DNA of 50,659 bases from Macrostomum lignano (GCA_002269645.1 NIVC01004320.1:1-50659); one strand, 5' to 3'. Shown: positions 8,834-30,699, counted from the stretch's first letter. Program-made: numbers and translations. Notes: a model not told the origin generated them from the letters alone.

Positions 8834-11800
8834 TTCCTCGCTGTGACATGTCCACTGCGAGCAACTTCAACTGGACTCGGATGCAGCCGGACGTCGATCC
8901 CATCGCCGACGGTCGGATCGTCAAGGCGGCCTGCGCCCCGGGCTTCTTCAGGACCAGCGAGGTGGACGGAACGCCGGACAGCCTGATCAGAAACCGCTAC
9001 CGCTGTGACCACGTCAGCAGTGCCAGCAGCATTGGCACGGCGAATCTGGTGGCCATGAACAACACCGTTGTGGACCATTGCAAGCGTGAGTGAGGCCTGG
9101 GATATTTGTGCTTGCGCACTCTTGCAAGCGTGAGTGAGGCCTGGGATATTGGTGCGTGCGCACTCTTGCAAGCGTGAGTGAGGCCTGGGATATTGGTGCG
9201 TGCGCACTCTTGCAAGCGTGAGTGAGGCCTGGGATATTGGTGCGTGCGCACTCTTGCAAGCGTGAGTGAGGCCTGGGATATTGGTGCGTGGCACTCTTGC
9301 AAGCGTGAGTGAGGCCTGGGATATTGGTGCGTGGCACTCTTGCAAGCGTGAGTGAGGCCTGGGATATTGGTGCGTGCGCACTCTTGCAAGCGTGAGTGAG
9401 GCCTGGGATATTGGTGCGTGCGCACTCTTGCAAGCGTGAGTGAGGCCTGGGATATTGGTGCGTGGCACTCTTGCAAGCGTGAGTGAGGCCTGGGATATTG
9501 GTGCGTGCGCACTCTTGCAAGCGTGAGTGAGGCCTGGGATATTGGTGCGTGGCACTCTTGCAAGCGTGAGTGAGGCCTGGGATATTGGTGCGTGCGCACT
9601 CTTGCAAGCGTGAGTGAGGCCTGGGATATTGGTGCGTGCGCACTCTTGCAAGCGTGAGTGAGGCCTGGGATATTGGTGCGTGCGCACTCTTGCAAGCGTG
9701 AGTGAGGCCTGGGATATTGGTGCGTGCGCACTCTTGCAAGCGTGAGTGAGGCCTGGGATATTGGTGCGTGCGCACTCTTGCAAGCGTGAGTGAGGCCTGG
9801 GATATTGGTGCGTGGCACTCTTGCAAGCGTGAGTGAGGCCTGGGATATTGGTGCGTGCGCACTCTTGCAAGCGTGAGTGAGGCCTGGGATATTGGTGCGT
9901 GGCACTCTTGCAAGCGTGAGTGAGGCCTGGGATATTGGTGCGTGCGCACTCTTGCAAGCGTGAGTGAGGCCTGGGATATTGGTGCGTGGCACTCTTGCAA
10001 GCGTGAGTGAGGCCTGGGATATTGGTGCGTGCGCACTCTTGCAAGCGTGAGTGAGGCCTGGGATATTGGTGCGTGGCACTCTTGCAAGCGTGAGTGAGGC
10101 CTGGGATATTGGTGCGTGGCACTCTTGCAAGCGTGAGTGAGGCCTGGGATATTGGTGCGTGCGCACTCTTGCAAGCGTGAGTGAGGCCTGGGATATTGGT
10201 GCGTGCGCACTCTTGCAAGCGTGAGTGAGGCCTGGGATATTGGTGCGTGCGCACTCTTGCAACAGTGGGAACATCAATGATTTCTAAGACCAATAGTGCA
10301 TAAAATTTTACAACAGCACAGAGATTTGTACATCGCTGTGACACGCCAACCCCTTCGCGCTCCAGCCATGAGCTGCCAGGGCAGCGTGCTGCTGAACCTC
10401 AACCTGCAGGTGGACTTCAAGGAGACGTACCGGAACCGGATCGACCCGAACCGCGAGTACCTGTTCGGCGAGTCCATCCCGGTCGAGTGCAAGACTGGCT
10501 ACGTGAAGATCACCAACCGCACGGACATCAACTCCACCATCGACTGTCGTCAGAACGCGCTGAAGCCGAACGAGGGCCAGTGGGACCCCATCTTCTGCAC
10601 CCGTGAGTCCGGGGACTGGATCAGATCTCAGATTTTCTATCATCCTACTATTAGGCAGTATTATAGGATTCAGTAGATTAATAATAATTTCAAATAGACA
10701 AAAACTGAAACATAGCTCATAGAAAACCAATGTTGAGCAAGTTAGCTACATCGCTCATACACTGCCAGTAGCCAGGAATGCACTCCAATAGCCAGAAGCA
10801 GTCAGAAAAGTCCCACAAAATAGGTGCAGACAATAATATCTTTTGGGAAATTGCCAAGGACGGTGAATCGCCAAAAAACTTCCCTCCTTGCAGCCGTCGG
10901 GTGCAACAAGTCGGCAATGTCAGGCGCCTACGACTACAACACCATGCAGATGTACAAGGCCTACGACCGGCTCAAGGACCGCACCTACACTTCGTCCGAG
11001 ACGCACATGTTTCCCTACTACCCCAACACCGTGTACGTGCGCTGCTCCACTCCCGGCCAGTTTTTCAGGGACCGAAAGTACGACAAGACCTTCCAGTGCA
11101 ACTTGGTGCCGAACAGCACCATCGAGGCCACGTGGAGCCCCGTGGAGGGCACTCTGGAGTCCTCCATGCAGTGCCAGCGTGAGTTTGGGGCCCTTGGCGG
11201 CCGCTCTTGGCTGCAAAGTTGTCCGAAGCAAAAGTCCCAGGACGAGCTTATAAAGCTTGACTCCCCATAAGCCGCCCCTTTTCTCAAGAAGGCTCAAAAG
11301 ATTGAAATACTCGCTGGTCTAGCGATTCCAGCTTTTACGAGTAGCAATCCTTGAAGCCCGGGTGGCTTTTTAAGCACTCGCGTACTCTTGAGCTTAGGGC
11401 TCAAGCTTGAGATACAACTCGATCCTCATTCGAGTCCAGTTAGGTACGCACTTCAGTACGCACGCACTCTGCACCCGCAGCTATAACGTGCCTGACAAAC
11501 GAGCTGGTGGCCATGAGCTACCGAGCAACAATTCAGGATTACCTCACCAAAGGCAACTTCAACTCTAGCGTCACCCTCACTGACGACACCGGCCTGGAGA
11601 CTAAAGTCCCCTTGAAGGATTTCCTCTCGGCGTCCGAGTATAAGTACACGGTGTCCGTTCGATTCGACTGCCAGAGCGGATTCGCCATGTCGACCGTGAA
11701 TGACACCACCGGAAAGTTCATGTCCGTGAGCAGCATGCAGACCAGCTGCAGCTCCGTCGGCTCCTGGAACAAAATAATCAGCGAGTGCATCAGTGAGAAT

Positions 11801-12282
11801 CTGACAATCTGTCCCTGCAATGCCGGGGATCTTGATTCTGAGATGACCATGATTGAAGATTGTGAATTGTGATGAATACAGCGTCAAAAAATGTTTTTGT
11901 CGTGTGAATTCCTGTTTCCTGGAAACTCACCAAATTTCTGTTTCCTGGAAACTAATTGAATGCCTGTTTCCTGGAAACTAATTGAATGCCTGTTTGCTGG
12001 AAACTAATTGAATGCCTGTTTCCTGGAAACTCATTGTGAATACCTGCGTTCCCCGCAGAGATGTCCGCCGCCATCGACGCCACCTCGGGCAAGAAGTTCG
12101 TGCCGGAGCCGAAGGAGGCCGGCTCGGCGCAGTCTCTGGGCGCCACCGTCATCGTCATCCTGGTGGTGTTCTTCACGCTGATCGTGGTGCTGGATATCGC
12201 TACGCTGTCCCGTGACATCAAGCTGCTGAAGCAGAACATCCGGCGCCTGAAGCTCAAGGCCAGCATGAAGAAGAACGACTGA
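8834..12282 (+). CDS. Sushi/CCP-domain type I membrane protein, 5' end not identified
   Basis: Exons 8834-9085, 10366-10602, 10894-11178, 11481-11792, 12059-12282. All introns are phase 1 GT-AG. Each module has C..C..G(F/Y)...C...W...C. The last exon encodes a TM helix (LGATVIVILVVFFTLIVVLDI) and a basic tail. Confidence 0.8.
9078..10262 (+). repeat. 43/44-bp intronic minisatellite, about 27 copies, each containing the exon end plus donor TTGCAAGC|GTGAGT
   Basis: Direct reading; begins across the exon-intron junction at 9085/9086. Confidence 0.95.
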
Positions 12283-13583
12283 AGCAGCGATTGATTTGAC
12301 TTGAAGCGGATGTTTGAGAAGCTGAGAACTCACTTGGCCCTTTATCTACTAACCCTCAGGTGCGCCCAAATCGAGTCGAAATATTTTGAGTCGAGTCGAG
12401 CCAGATTTTGCGAACGAACAGCTGAAGGATGAAACATCTTCAAAATATGCACTTTAGCTTTGCTGTCGTGCCGAATTCGATGTACTTTTATTTTTTCAGT
12501 TTTTTCTCTTAATAACAATCGCAGATTCTAAACTCTTAAGGCTTAACTCGATACGCTTATATGCTACTCTTTTCTAAGTAGTTGAAAATTTCGGTAAAAA
12601 CGCTGTTAGAACTGTTGTAACTCTGTCGTTAGAGGAAATTTTGTCACACACTAAATTAATGTCTAATTAGTTAGACGATTAGGTTGAGGTTAGTTTTAGG
12701 GTTAGGCGTAGATTGCCTCTAGTTACAGGCCATAGTTATTAGCCTTTAGAAAGAAGCGTCTTGATATAGTCTCTAGATATAGCTCGTAGCCTCTAGATAC
12801 AACCTCTATACATAGCCACTAGAGTTAGGCCTTTAGATCTATCTATCTGGCCTCTAGATATAGCCTAGATATAGGCTCTAGATATAGCCTTCAAATTTAG
12901 CCTCTAGTTATTATGGCCTCTAGTGGAGTGTTCAGTGCATTAGTATTGACGCAAATTAATGTCAACTAATATCTAAAAGTCTCTCATTAAAGTTGCCCTC
13001 TAAGATTTTCACCATGCCGCTCTTGTAATTGATTTTACAAGAAGTTCAACCGTTTCGAAATGGCGCGAGCAGGCCAGTCTTATCAAATAAAGTGAATCGC
13101 GCTGTCTGTCTCATTTTAACTCGTATGGCTCGTGCTTCGCCTTCTGTTCGCCCCAAGCGCAGTTGGCAGAGCCCTGCGAGACCAGGCTGATTGCTAATAT
13201 TGGCTTATCTGAGCCCACGTGGCTCTCTGAGTGCGCAGATTATTTTCACCTGCTCGATTCTCTTATCAACACGGACTGCTGGCGTGCAGCAGCAGCAGCT
13301 TTTGACTCTGCGCTTCGAACAACGGGCCCTCCACCCCCCCGAGCCTCCCCGCTGATAAGCCAATCTGCAGAGCCCGTCCGCTAGTCACGCTCTGCTCTGC
13401 TCACTCGAGCTCCACCCCGCTCTCCCTGATCTCCTACTTCTGCTGCTGTTTCTTAAAAACCGGAGACCCGCGGAAGGTGCGCAGAGTGCCGGGCAGCCCC
13501 TCTTAGCAACTGAGCTTAAAGTATCGCATTGTAACTCCGGTGACGGGCAGAGACCGAGAAAAAGCAGGCCAGCAAGAAAGCCA

Positions 13584-22102
<8,519 letters not shown>

Positions 22103-22606
22103 CTGCCAAAAACCATCATGACAGAAAGCCCAGAAGATTAATTAAACCGCACTAGCAAAGACCCATACCTGTGATTGAGCGAATACTCCTGAGCATTGTA
22201 CAGACAGGTGTCACCCATGTGCTATTTGAGTGCACTGGGTATATGAAAATCATTCATTGATTGGTGTTGCATTGCTACCCTTTAATACGAGCCTCGTTTA
22301 TTTTTCCAATGACAGAGCGCTGAGGCGGTTCAAATATTGAAATTATTTTAATTTAAATTACACATTTAAACAATATTAGCGGTGGAATTTTTGCGGTAAT
22401 CACATATACCCGCATCATACTTTATATTTATGTATTTTATAAACAATTTACGGTTTCAGAGTTAAATTTCTTCACTTATAGTAAAATTTGCTCACGTTGA
22501 ATGCCTTCTGTTGCCATCGAAGTCTGCTACGAGTATTATGTGATGAATATACTACTGAGTAACTCAAAGTATTCAGTAGTATTGGTGCAAATCTCTTTAT
22601 ATAGTG

Positions 22607-23075
22607 GATGATGATGGGATATTTAATATTAGATCAATATCTGGATGATGGGATCTCTAATTTTAGGTCAATGCCTGGGTGATAGGATCTCTAATTGTAG
22701 ATCAATACCTGGATGATGGGATCTCTAATTGTTGACTAATACCTGGATGATGGGATCTCTAATTGTAGGTCAATGTCTGGGTGATGGGATCTCCAATTGT
22801 AGGTCAATATCTGGATGATGGGATCTCTAATTGTAAGTCAATGCCTGGATGATTGGATCTCTAACTGTAGATCAATACCTGGATGATGGGATCTCTAATT
22901 GTTGACTAATACCTGGATGATGGGATCTCCAATTGTAGATCAATACCTGGATGATGGAATTTCTAATTGTAGGTCAATGCCTGGATGATGGGATCTGTAA
23001 TTGTAGGCCAATGCCTGGATGATGGGATCTCCAATTGTAGGCCAATGCCTGGATGATGGGATCTCTATCGTAGGT
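22607..23075. repeat. 34-bp intergenic minisatellite, about 14 diverged copies
   Basis: GGATGATGGGATCTCTAATTGTAGATCAATACCT unit. Confidence 0.9.
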
Positions 23076-23273
23076 CAATACATGGATTGCTTCCACTCCA
23101 AACACCAATATGACGGCTCCGTGTTCCCCAGAGCCTTCACGGCAGTGCTTAGTCTATGGCCAGAGGCAAGAAAGTGGCTTGAAGGGATGCGAAATTGACT
23201 GGGAGGTGGAATAATAACAAGGGAATAATAAACCAGCAATCTCGAACGCCCTGCAACCAGTCTGCATCACGGA

Positions 23274-25490
23274 ATGTCTCAAGAAGCCGAGGAGGAGCCA
23301 GTCAGCGTTCGCAGCATCTCTGTGCCTCTGCTTCCGGAAGCAGCAGCAAGCGAAGCAGCAACTGAAGTATCGGTGAAAGCAGCAATGGAAGGTCAGAGGG
23401 CAGCCGAGGCTGGAAGCCACAGGAGCAGCAGAAGCCGTAGCGGCAGCCCAGTTAGCAGCGCCGGCAACAGCAGAGCAGCCAGTAGGAGCAGCAGCAGGGC
23501 GGGCAGCACCACCGGAAGCAGCACCGGAAGCAGCAGTGACGCTGGCATCATCGGGGCGGCCGTCTCAACGCTGCGCGGTCTCCGGCGGCAAGTGCACCGA
23601 CGTCTTCTGCGCCGGCCTCTGGCTTGGCGACTCCGGGCGCGGCCGCTGCGAAACACCGCCAACTCCAACTTGGCGGCGGCTGGACAGGCCGAGCCGCTGC
23701 GCAACGCCAACGCCAGGCGGCTTCTGGGCGGCCGGCACGGCCACAGCCGGAGCCACAGTCGCACTGGCGAAGAGAGCAGTGCCAGGTGAAGCTGAGAGCA
23801 GAGCAGTGCCAGGTGAAGCTGAGAGCAGAGCAGTGCCAGGTGAAGCTGAGAGCAGAGCAGTGCCAGGTGAAGCTGAGAGCAGAGCAGTGCCAGGTGAAGC
23901 TGAGAGCTGAGCAGTGCCAGGTGAAGCTGAGAGCAGAGCAGTGCCAGGTGAAGCTGAGAGCAGAGCAGTGCCAGGTGAAGCTGAGAGCAGAGCAGTGCCA
24001 GGTGAAGCTGAGAGCAGAGCAGTGCCAGGTGAAGCTGAGAGCAGAGCAGTGCCAGGTGAAGCTGAGAGCAGAGCAGTGCCAGGTGAAGCTGAGAGCAGAG
24101 CAGTGCCAGGTGAAGCTGAGAGCAGAGCAGTGCCAGGTGAAGCTGAGAGCAGAGCAGTGCCAGGTGAAGCTGAGAGCAGAGCAGTGCCAGGTGAAGCTGA
24201 GAGCAGAGCAGTGCCAGGTGAAGCTGAGAGCAGAGCAGTGCCAGGTGAAGCTGAGAGCAGAGCAGCGCCAGGTGAAGCTGAGAGCAGAGCCAGTGCCAGC
24301 AGTGCAGGAAGCTCAACCCCCCTCTATCCAAACTCTGCAAACCGGTAGGTTGCAGCTGAAGGCACTTCGGGCGGTGCTGCGGAGCCGCGGTGCGGTCAGC
24401 CGACAGATCGTCAGCAGGGCGGCGGAGGCGGCGGCCCTGACAGGCAGCGACGAGGCCTCGCTAGCCGGAAGCAACACCGTCTGGGATGGCGTGTTCACCA
24501 GCCTGAGCCCCACGGACACCGGCGGGGTGTTCGGCTCGCTGCTGTTCGTCCTGCTGCTGGCGCTCGGCCTCTTCCTATGCGCGGAGAGCGCGCAGCCCAA
24601 CCTGCACCGCTCCAAGCAGGAGATGTTCGTCTGGGCCTTCGTTCAGGTGCGCCGCTTGCTCTCAGACTGTCTGCGTGTTGGTTGTGTGAGCAGTGAGTGA
24701 CCAGATGAGCATGCTTGCAATTGCAGACAGTGAGCAGTGAGTGACCAGATGAGCATGCTTGCAATTGCAGACAGTGAGCAGTGAGTGACCAGATGAGCAT
24801 GCTTGCAATTGCAGACAGTGAGCAGTGAGTGACCAGATGAGCATGCTTGCAATTGCAGACAGTGAGCAGTGAGTGACCAGATGAGCATGCTTGCAATTGC
24901 AGACAGTAAGCAGTGTAATCCTGAACTACGCCTCTTTCCTGGGCGCCATCTGCATGCTGGCGGTTTTCCAATGGCGCCGCGCTAGGGCGCGCCATCAGCG
25001 GCGCCTCCAGCTGCGGCTGCAGCGCGAGTGGATGCGCCACGTGCGCGAGGTCTGCGAGGACATGCAGCGCAGGGGCCAGACGGAGCAGGCGGGCCAGCAG
25101 CCAGCCGAGCAGCAGCAGACAGCGCAGCAGCAGGAGCAGAAGCAGCCGCACCAGAAGCAGCAAGCGGCGCAGCAGCAGAAATCGCAGCAACAGCAGCAGC
25201 CGGGGAGCTCGCAGAACAACACGGCGGCTCACTTTGGCAACAACGCCAGTAACGACGAGGCGATGAGGCTGCGCAGGAAAGGCGCCGAGCTGCTGCGGAT
25301 GGTGTCGGAGCTGGAGAAGCTGGCGGCGCTGGAGCTGCGGCTGGAGGCCTCGGACTCGGAGCTGGAGGAGCTCGCGGCGGCGTACCCGGAGAAGATCGGC
25401 AGCGCCTGGGTGAGCGCCGGCTGGCGCGCCAGCCTCTACCGAGCGCGGGGCCAGGAGGACGCGGCCTTCGCGCAGCTGCAGCCGACTTAA
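23274..25490 (+). CDS. Unknown multi-pass membrane protein with Ser/Arg-rich N-terminus and Gln-rich/coiled-coil C-terminus
   Basis: Exons 23274-23785, 24349-24646, 24903-25490 (phases 2 and 0, compatible). Hydrophobic segments FGSLLFVLLLALGLFLC and VSSVILNYASFLGAICMLAVF. Family not recognised. Confidence 0.65.
23773..24290 (+). repeat. 27-bp intronic minisatellite, 19 copies of exon end plus donor AGAGCAGTGCCAG|GTGAAG
   Basis: Direct reading. Confidence 0.93.
24690..24915 (+). repeat. 44-bp intronic minisatellite, 5 copies of acceptor TTGCAATTGCAG|ACAGT
   Basis: AG ends at 24726, 24770, 24814, 24858 and 24902; the last is the inferred real acceptor. Confidence 0.9.
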
Positions 25491-26076
25491 GCGGCTGATT
25501 GAATTCGCGCCAAAATGCGCTCTTTTTCCGGCTAGAACATGACAAAATTCAATTGTTGATGTCGAGTTAATGTTCTACCTTGAAATCGTAATGTTAATTT
25601 TTTTCGTGCGAGTTTAACTCAAAATTACACAGTAAAATGATAATTACACAGCGCAATCCACAATACGAATGCTTGATTCCTCTCTGACCCTTAAAAAGCA
25701 CCGATTTAAACAAAAATCAACTGCATTAAAGATACTCAGCGAGCTAATCTCTGCTATTGTTCATCACTGCAGGCTACTCATAAATTTATATTTTAATAAT
25801 TCGCGGCGTCGACCCTGGGAATGCAACTGAAATTTGGTCCGCTATGCAAAACCTACACTGGCGCACCCTCAGACCAGGCCCTCAAAGAACTTCAGAAACT
25901 GCAGCCAGTCCGCCTGGAGCAACGCCGGCTGCCCGCCAATACCGGACAGAAGCAGCAAGCAGTGGAGCAGCAGGAGCAGCAAGGGAACAGACAGCAGGAG
26001 CAGCAGCAGCTCGCCAGCAACTCGGAAGCCATTGTAAAACCCCGCCTCCGGGCTCGCGGCCGGCCCGGCGAGTCCG

Positions 26077-27174
26077 CTACCGCACAGAGCCTCCTGACGA
26101 CGTCGCTGGTCGCGCCGACGGCGGAGTGGGTGGCGACTCGGCCGGAGGAGGCAGCGGTGACTGCAGGCCCGGCAGCCACAGCCGCACGGCCACGAGAGTC
26201 TCGCAGGCGGCTGCCGCCGGCGCTGCTGCTGCAGAAGCCGCGAGGCTGCGGATGCAGCCGAGATGGCAGACGGCGACGGCGGTGACTGCGGCAGCTTTGG
26301 CACTGATGCCACCGACTGGGGTGCTGCGGTGAGAGGCAGAATGAAAGCTTGACGAAGAGGAACAGCATGCAGATGAAGCTCCGTCTCCAGCATCGCAGCA
26401 GTCTGCATGAAGATTTTTATGTACGTGTCGCGCACACATCATGAGAGTCGCGCACACATCATGAGAGTCGCACACAGACACAATGAGAGTCGCGCACACA
26501 TCATGAGAGTCGCACACAGACAAAATGAGAGTCGCACACAGACACAATGAGAGTCGCGCACAGACACAATGAGAGTCGCACACAGACACAATGAGAGTCG
26601 CACACAGACACAATGAGAGTCGCACACGGACACCATGAGAGTCGCACACAGACACAATGAGAGTCGCACACAGACACCATGAGAGTCGCACACAGACACA
26701 ATGAGAGTCGCACACAGGCACCATGAGAGTCGCACGCAGACACCATGAGAGTCGGACACAGACACCATGAGAGTCGCACACAGACACAATGAGAGTCGCA
26801 CACAGGCACCTTGAGAGTCGCACACAGACACCATGAGAGTCGCACGCAGACACCATGAGAGTCGGACACAGACACCATGAGAGTCGCACACAGACACAAT
26901 GAGAGTCGCACACAGGCACCTTGAGAGTCGCACGCAGACACCATGAGAGTCGCACGCAGACAATGAGAATCGCGTACAACCGCGCACTAAAGACGCTCAG
27001 AATTTTCCCGCGCTCACCAAGACCCACGACAAACTGCCGAGTCGCGGGCCAGCAGCCGGTGGGCTGCTCCGCACTTGCCTCGGTTGGCAATCGCTGCCGC
27101 CTGAGCAGCTCGGAGGGCCGCACGCAGGGCTCATAAACGACTTGCCGCTGCGGCTCGGAGTCGCTGGCAGGCAT
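26077..27174 (-). CDS. Possible two-exon orphan gene (about 160 aa)
   Basis: GCGCCATG start at 27174, donor TTG|GTGAGC after 27018, acceptor CATGCAG| before 26402, phase compatible, stop at 26077. No recognisable domain. Confidence 0.33.
   Translation of the reverse strand: MPASDSEPQRQVVYEPCVRPSELLRRQRLPTEASAEQPTGCWPATRQFVVGLGERGKILSVFSARLYAILIVCVRLSWCLRATLKVPVCDSHCVCVRLSWCLCPTLMVSACDSHGVCVRLSRCLCATLIVSVCDSHGVCVRLSWCLRATLMVPVCDSHCVCVRLSWCLCATLIVSVCDSHGVRVRLSLCLCATLIVSVCDSHCVCARLSLCLCATLILSVCDSHDVCATLIVSVCDSHDVCATLMMCARHVHKNLHADCCDAGDGASSACCSSSSSFHSASHRSTPVGGISAKAAAVTAVAVCHLGCIRSLAASAAAAPAAAACETLVAVRLWLPGLQSPLPPPAESPPTPPSARPATSSGGSVR
26447..26965. repeat. 22-bp minisatellite GAGAGTCGCACACAGACACAAT
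   Basis: Direct reading. Confidence 0.92.
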
Positions 27175-27699
27175 GGCGCTGCTGGTCTGTCGAGCTTCAG
27201 TTTGGCTCCCGCTAGGAGTTGCTAAAAATTGCAAGCACTGAGGCTGCGCCGCACCGAGCCACCGAAGCTGTCTATGGCAGTCTCTCCGCTCGATTCAACT
27301 TGTTTGGTCTGACCAAACCACTCCCAATTCAGCCAATGCATAGAAAAGACACCCAAATGCCTCGGGAACAAAAAAATGTTTGCTTGCACTACTGAAAACT
27401 AATCGGCAGTAGTCAGCTATGGGCATAGAGGAAAAAATATTTTCAATCGCAATAGAATAACGCAGCTAAACTTTAAAGCAGAGCAGACGCTATATGCGAT
27501 AAATGAGAAAGTTGTCGGTGTGAACACAATTGACGAATTGATCGAACTGCCCAAAATCATGAATTCCACACACTTGCTGCGCGCGAAACTGTGATAATGA
27601 CGTGTATTCTCCAGTATACAGAAGGTCACTGAGTGGCCCATCTCGTGTATATAAGATCTATGGGTCTGAAAGCTGACAGATAGAGGGAGAAAGACGGAA

Positions 27700-28380
27700 A
27701 GCAGTGATTTCAGCTCCGCAGCATGGAATTGCAGTGATTTCAGCTCCGCAGAATGGGATTGCAGTGATTTCAGCTCCGCAGAATGGGATTGCAGTGATTT
27801 CAGCTCCGCAGCATGGGATTGCAGTGATTTCAGCTCCGCAGCATGGAATTGCAGTGATTTCAGCTCCGCAGCATGGAATTGCAGTGATTTCAGCTCCGCA
27901 GCATGGGATTGCAGTGATTTCAGCTCCGCAGCATGGGATTGCAGTGATTTCAGCTCCGCAGCATGGGATTGCAGTGATTTCAGCTCTGCAACATGGGAAT
28001 GCAGTGATTTCAGCTCTGCAGCATGGGATTGCAGTGATTTCAGCTCCGCAGCATGGGATTGCAGTGATTTCAGCTCTGCAGCATGGGATTGCAGTGATTT
28101 CAGCTCTGCAACATGGGATTGCAGTGATTTCAGCTCCGCAGCATGGGATTGCAGTGATTTCAGCTCCGCAGCATGGGATTGCAGTGATTTTAGCTCCGCA
28201 GCATGGGATTGCAGTGATTTCAGCTCCGCAGCATGGGATTGCAGTGATTTCCCTCAGCTCTGCAGCATGGGATTGCAGTGATTCCCCTCAGCTTTGCAGC
28301 ATGGGATTGCAGTGATTTCCCTCAGCTTTGCAGCATGGGATTGCAGTGATTTATTTCCCTCAGCTCCGCAGCATGGGATT
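27700..28380. repeat. 30-bp minisatellite GCAGTGATTTCAGCTCCGCAGCATGGGATT, about 22 copies
   Basis: Direct reading. Confidence 0.93.
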
Positions 28381-29161
28381 GGGATGGGATTGTAGCAGAG
28401 CCAGGTCAAAAATGAAGAAGACTGCAACAAGCAAGCGGCGCAGGTGTTCGTGAGGCGAAACAGAGTATGCGATGAGCGCCGAAGAACTCCGCGGCCTGGG
28501 GTTATTTCTGCTGATTTGAAAATTTATTTCTTTATTGCCTCAAAAGCGCACACGCAGGCGGGCAGTTCAGACAGTTGGGGGAGGCGGCAAAGCCGGCTGC
28601 TGGGAAAAGGGACTAAAAATGAAAACAACAAAAGCACAGAGGCCGCGGAGCTCGGGTCTTCTGACAGGATCTGCGGTTGCCTAAAAGGTGCTCCGGCGGC
28701 GCCAATGCAGGCCTTGCTGAGCAAGCGCGGAAGCTGCGGCAGATGTAATAAATAATTGATTAGTATAATAGCTAAATCACAAGAGCGCGATAAACATTGG
28801 GACAGTTGCGCTTGCGAGCAACTCTTATTAATTATATAAATATTTCTATAGGCGCCTATTTGAGGAAAGCGGGACACAAAATCAATAAAATCTATTGCTG
28901 GGAATCAGATCTGGTGCCGGAGTCTTTGTCCAATTCGCAGTCTTTGTTAATCGCTAATAAAACCAGCAACAGGCGTTCATCCATGATATGACGGTTCGCA
29001 AATCTAAAATTCTCACTGAAAGACCGGCCAATCAAAACAGACGGCGCACAAAAATAGTCGGTTGAAATTCTCCACATTAGAAAACTGCGAATAGCTGGAG
29101 CCGCCCGGCCGCCTTCTGCGGAAGCCTGCGGACTGACGTAGCAGCGAACTGGATTGCCGGT

Positions 29162-30258
29162 GCAAGATTGCAGCCAACGATAGTTGCAAGATTGCAGCCA
29201 ACGATAGTTGCAAGATTGCAGCCAACGATAGCTGCAAGATTGCAGCCAACGATAGTTGCAAGATTGCAGCCAACGATAGTTGCAAGATTGCAGCCAACGA
29301 TAGCTGCAAGATTGCAACCAACACGATGGCTGCAAGATTGCAACCAACACGATGGCTGCAAGATTGCAACCAACACGATAGCTGCAAGAATGCAACCAAC
29401 ACGATAGCTGCAAGAATGCAACCAACACGATAGCTGCAGCATTGCAACCAACACGATAGCTGCAAGATTGCAACCAACACGATAGCTGCAAGATTGCAAC
29501 CAACACGATGGCTGCAAGATTGCAACCAACACGATGGCTGCAAGATTGCAACCAACACGATAGCTGCAAGATTGCAACCAACACGATAGCTGCAAGAATG
29601 CAACCAACACGATGGCTGCAAGATTGCAACCAACACGATAGCTGCAAGATTGCAACCAACACGATGGCTGCAAGATTGCAACCAACACGATAGCTGCAAG
29701 ATTGCAACCAACACGATGGCTGCAAGATTGCAACCAACACGATAGCTGCAAGAATGCAACCAACACGATAGCTGCAGCATTGCAACCAACACGATAGCTG
29801 CAAGATTGCAACCAACACGATAGCTGCAAGAATGCAACCAACACGATAGCTGCAAGATTGCAACCAACACGATGGCTGCAAGATTGCAACCAACACGATA
29901 GCTGCAAGAATGCAACCAACACGATAGCTGCAGCATTGCAACCAACACGATAGCTGCAAGATTGCAACCAACACGATAGCTGCAAGAATGCAACCAACAC
30001 GATAGCTGCAAGATTGCAACCAACACGATGGCTGCAAGATTGCAACCAACACGATAGCTGCAAGATTGCAACCAACACGATAGCTGCAAGATTGCAACCA
30101 ACACGATGGCTGCAAGATTGCAACCAACACGATAGCTGCAAGATTGCAACCAACACGGTAGCTGCAAGATTGCAACCAACACGATAGCTGCAGCATTGCA
30201 ACCAACACGATAGCTGCAGCATTGCAACCAACACGATAGCTGCAAGAATGCAACCAAC
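29162..30258. repeat. Compound 24-bp then 26-bp minisatellite (GCAAGATTGCAACCAACACGATAGCT)
   Basis: Direct reading. Confidence 0.93.
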
Positions 30259-30699
30259 CAAGAGGCGGCTAAGTCTGGCAGCCCAACGCTTAGCAGTCCC
30301 GCTGTTCGGGCGCAATAAAAAATTGGTCAAATAAAACAAAAGCTAAATTAGAACAAGCAGACTAAGCGCTGGCTACAATGATAAACAACAGAATCGTCAG
30401 TAGCGGTAGGAAAACAGGGCAATTGTTTTTGCTAACAGAAAGCGACGCCGAAATCAAGCAGAACCCGCATTGAAACGCTCGGCGCTTCTCCGGCAGACCG
30501 CGCGGGCGAGCATCCGCGCACTGGACGCTCGGCTTCTCAGAGAAAACAGCTAGAAGAGAACAAAATAGAGAGACGAGACAAGATGAGAGTCAAGACGAAG
30601 GAGCACACCAACCGCAACACGGGCGCAGGAGTCTAAGCGGCAAAAGTGAACTAATAAATCTCTTCTAGAAGCGGCAATCTCTCGACGGCCCTCGGCAGC

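Noticed and set aside
8716-10344. Long ORFs (542, 426 and 398 aa) over the 44-bp array
   Set aside because: They are translations of a tandem repeat with no stop in the unit.
28892-30339. Cys-rich 414-453-aa ORFs
   Set aside because: Translations of the 24/26-bp array.
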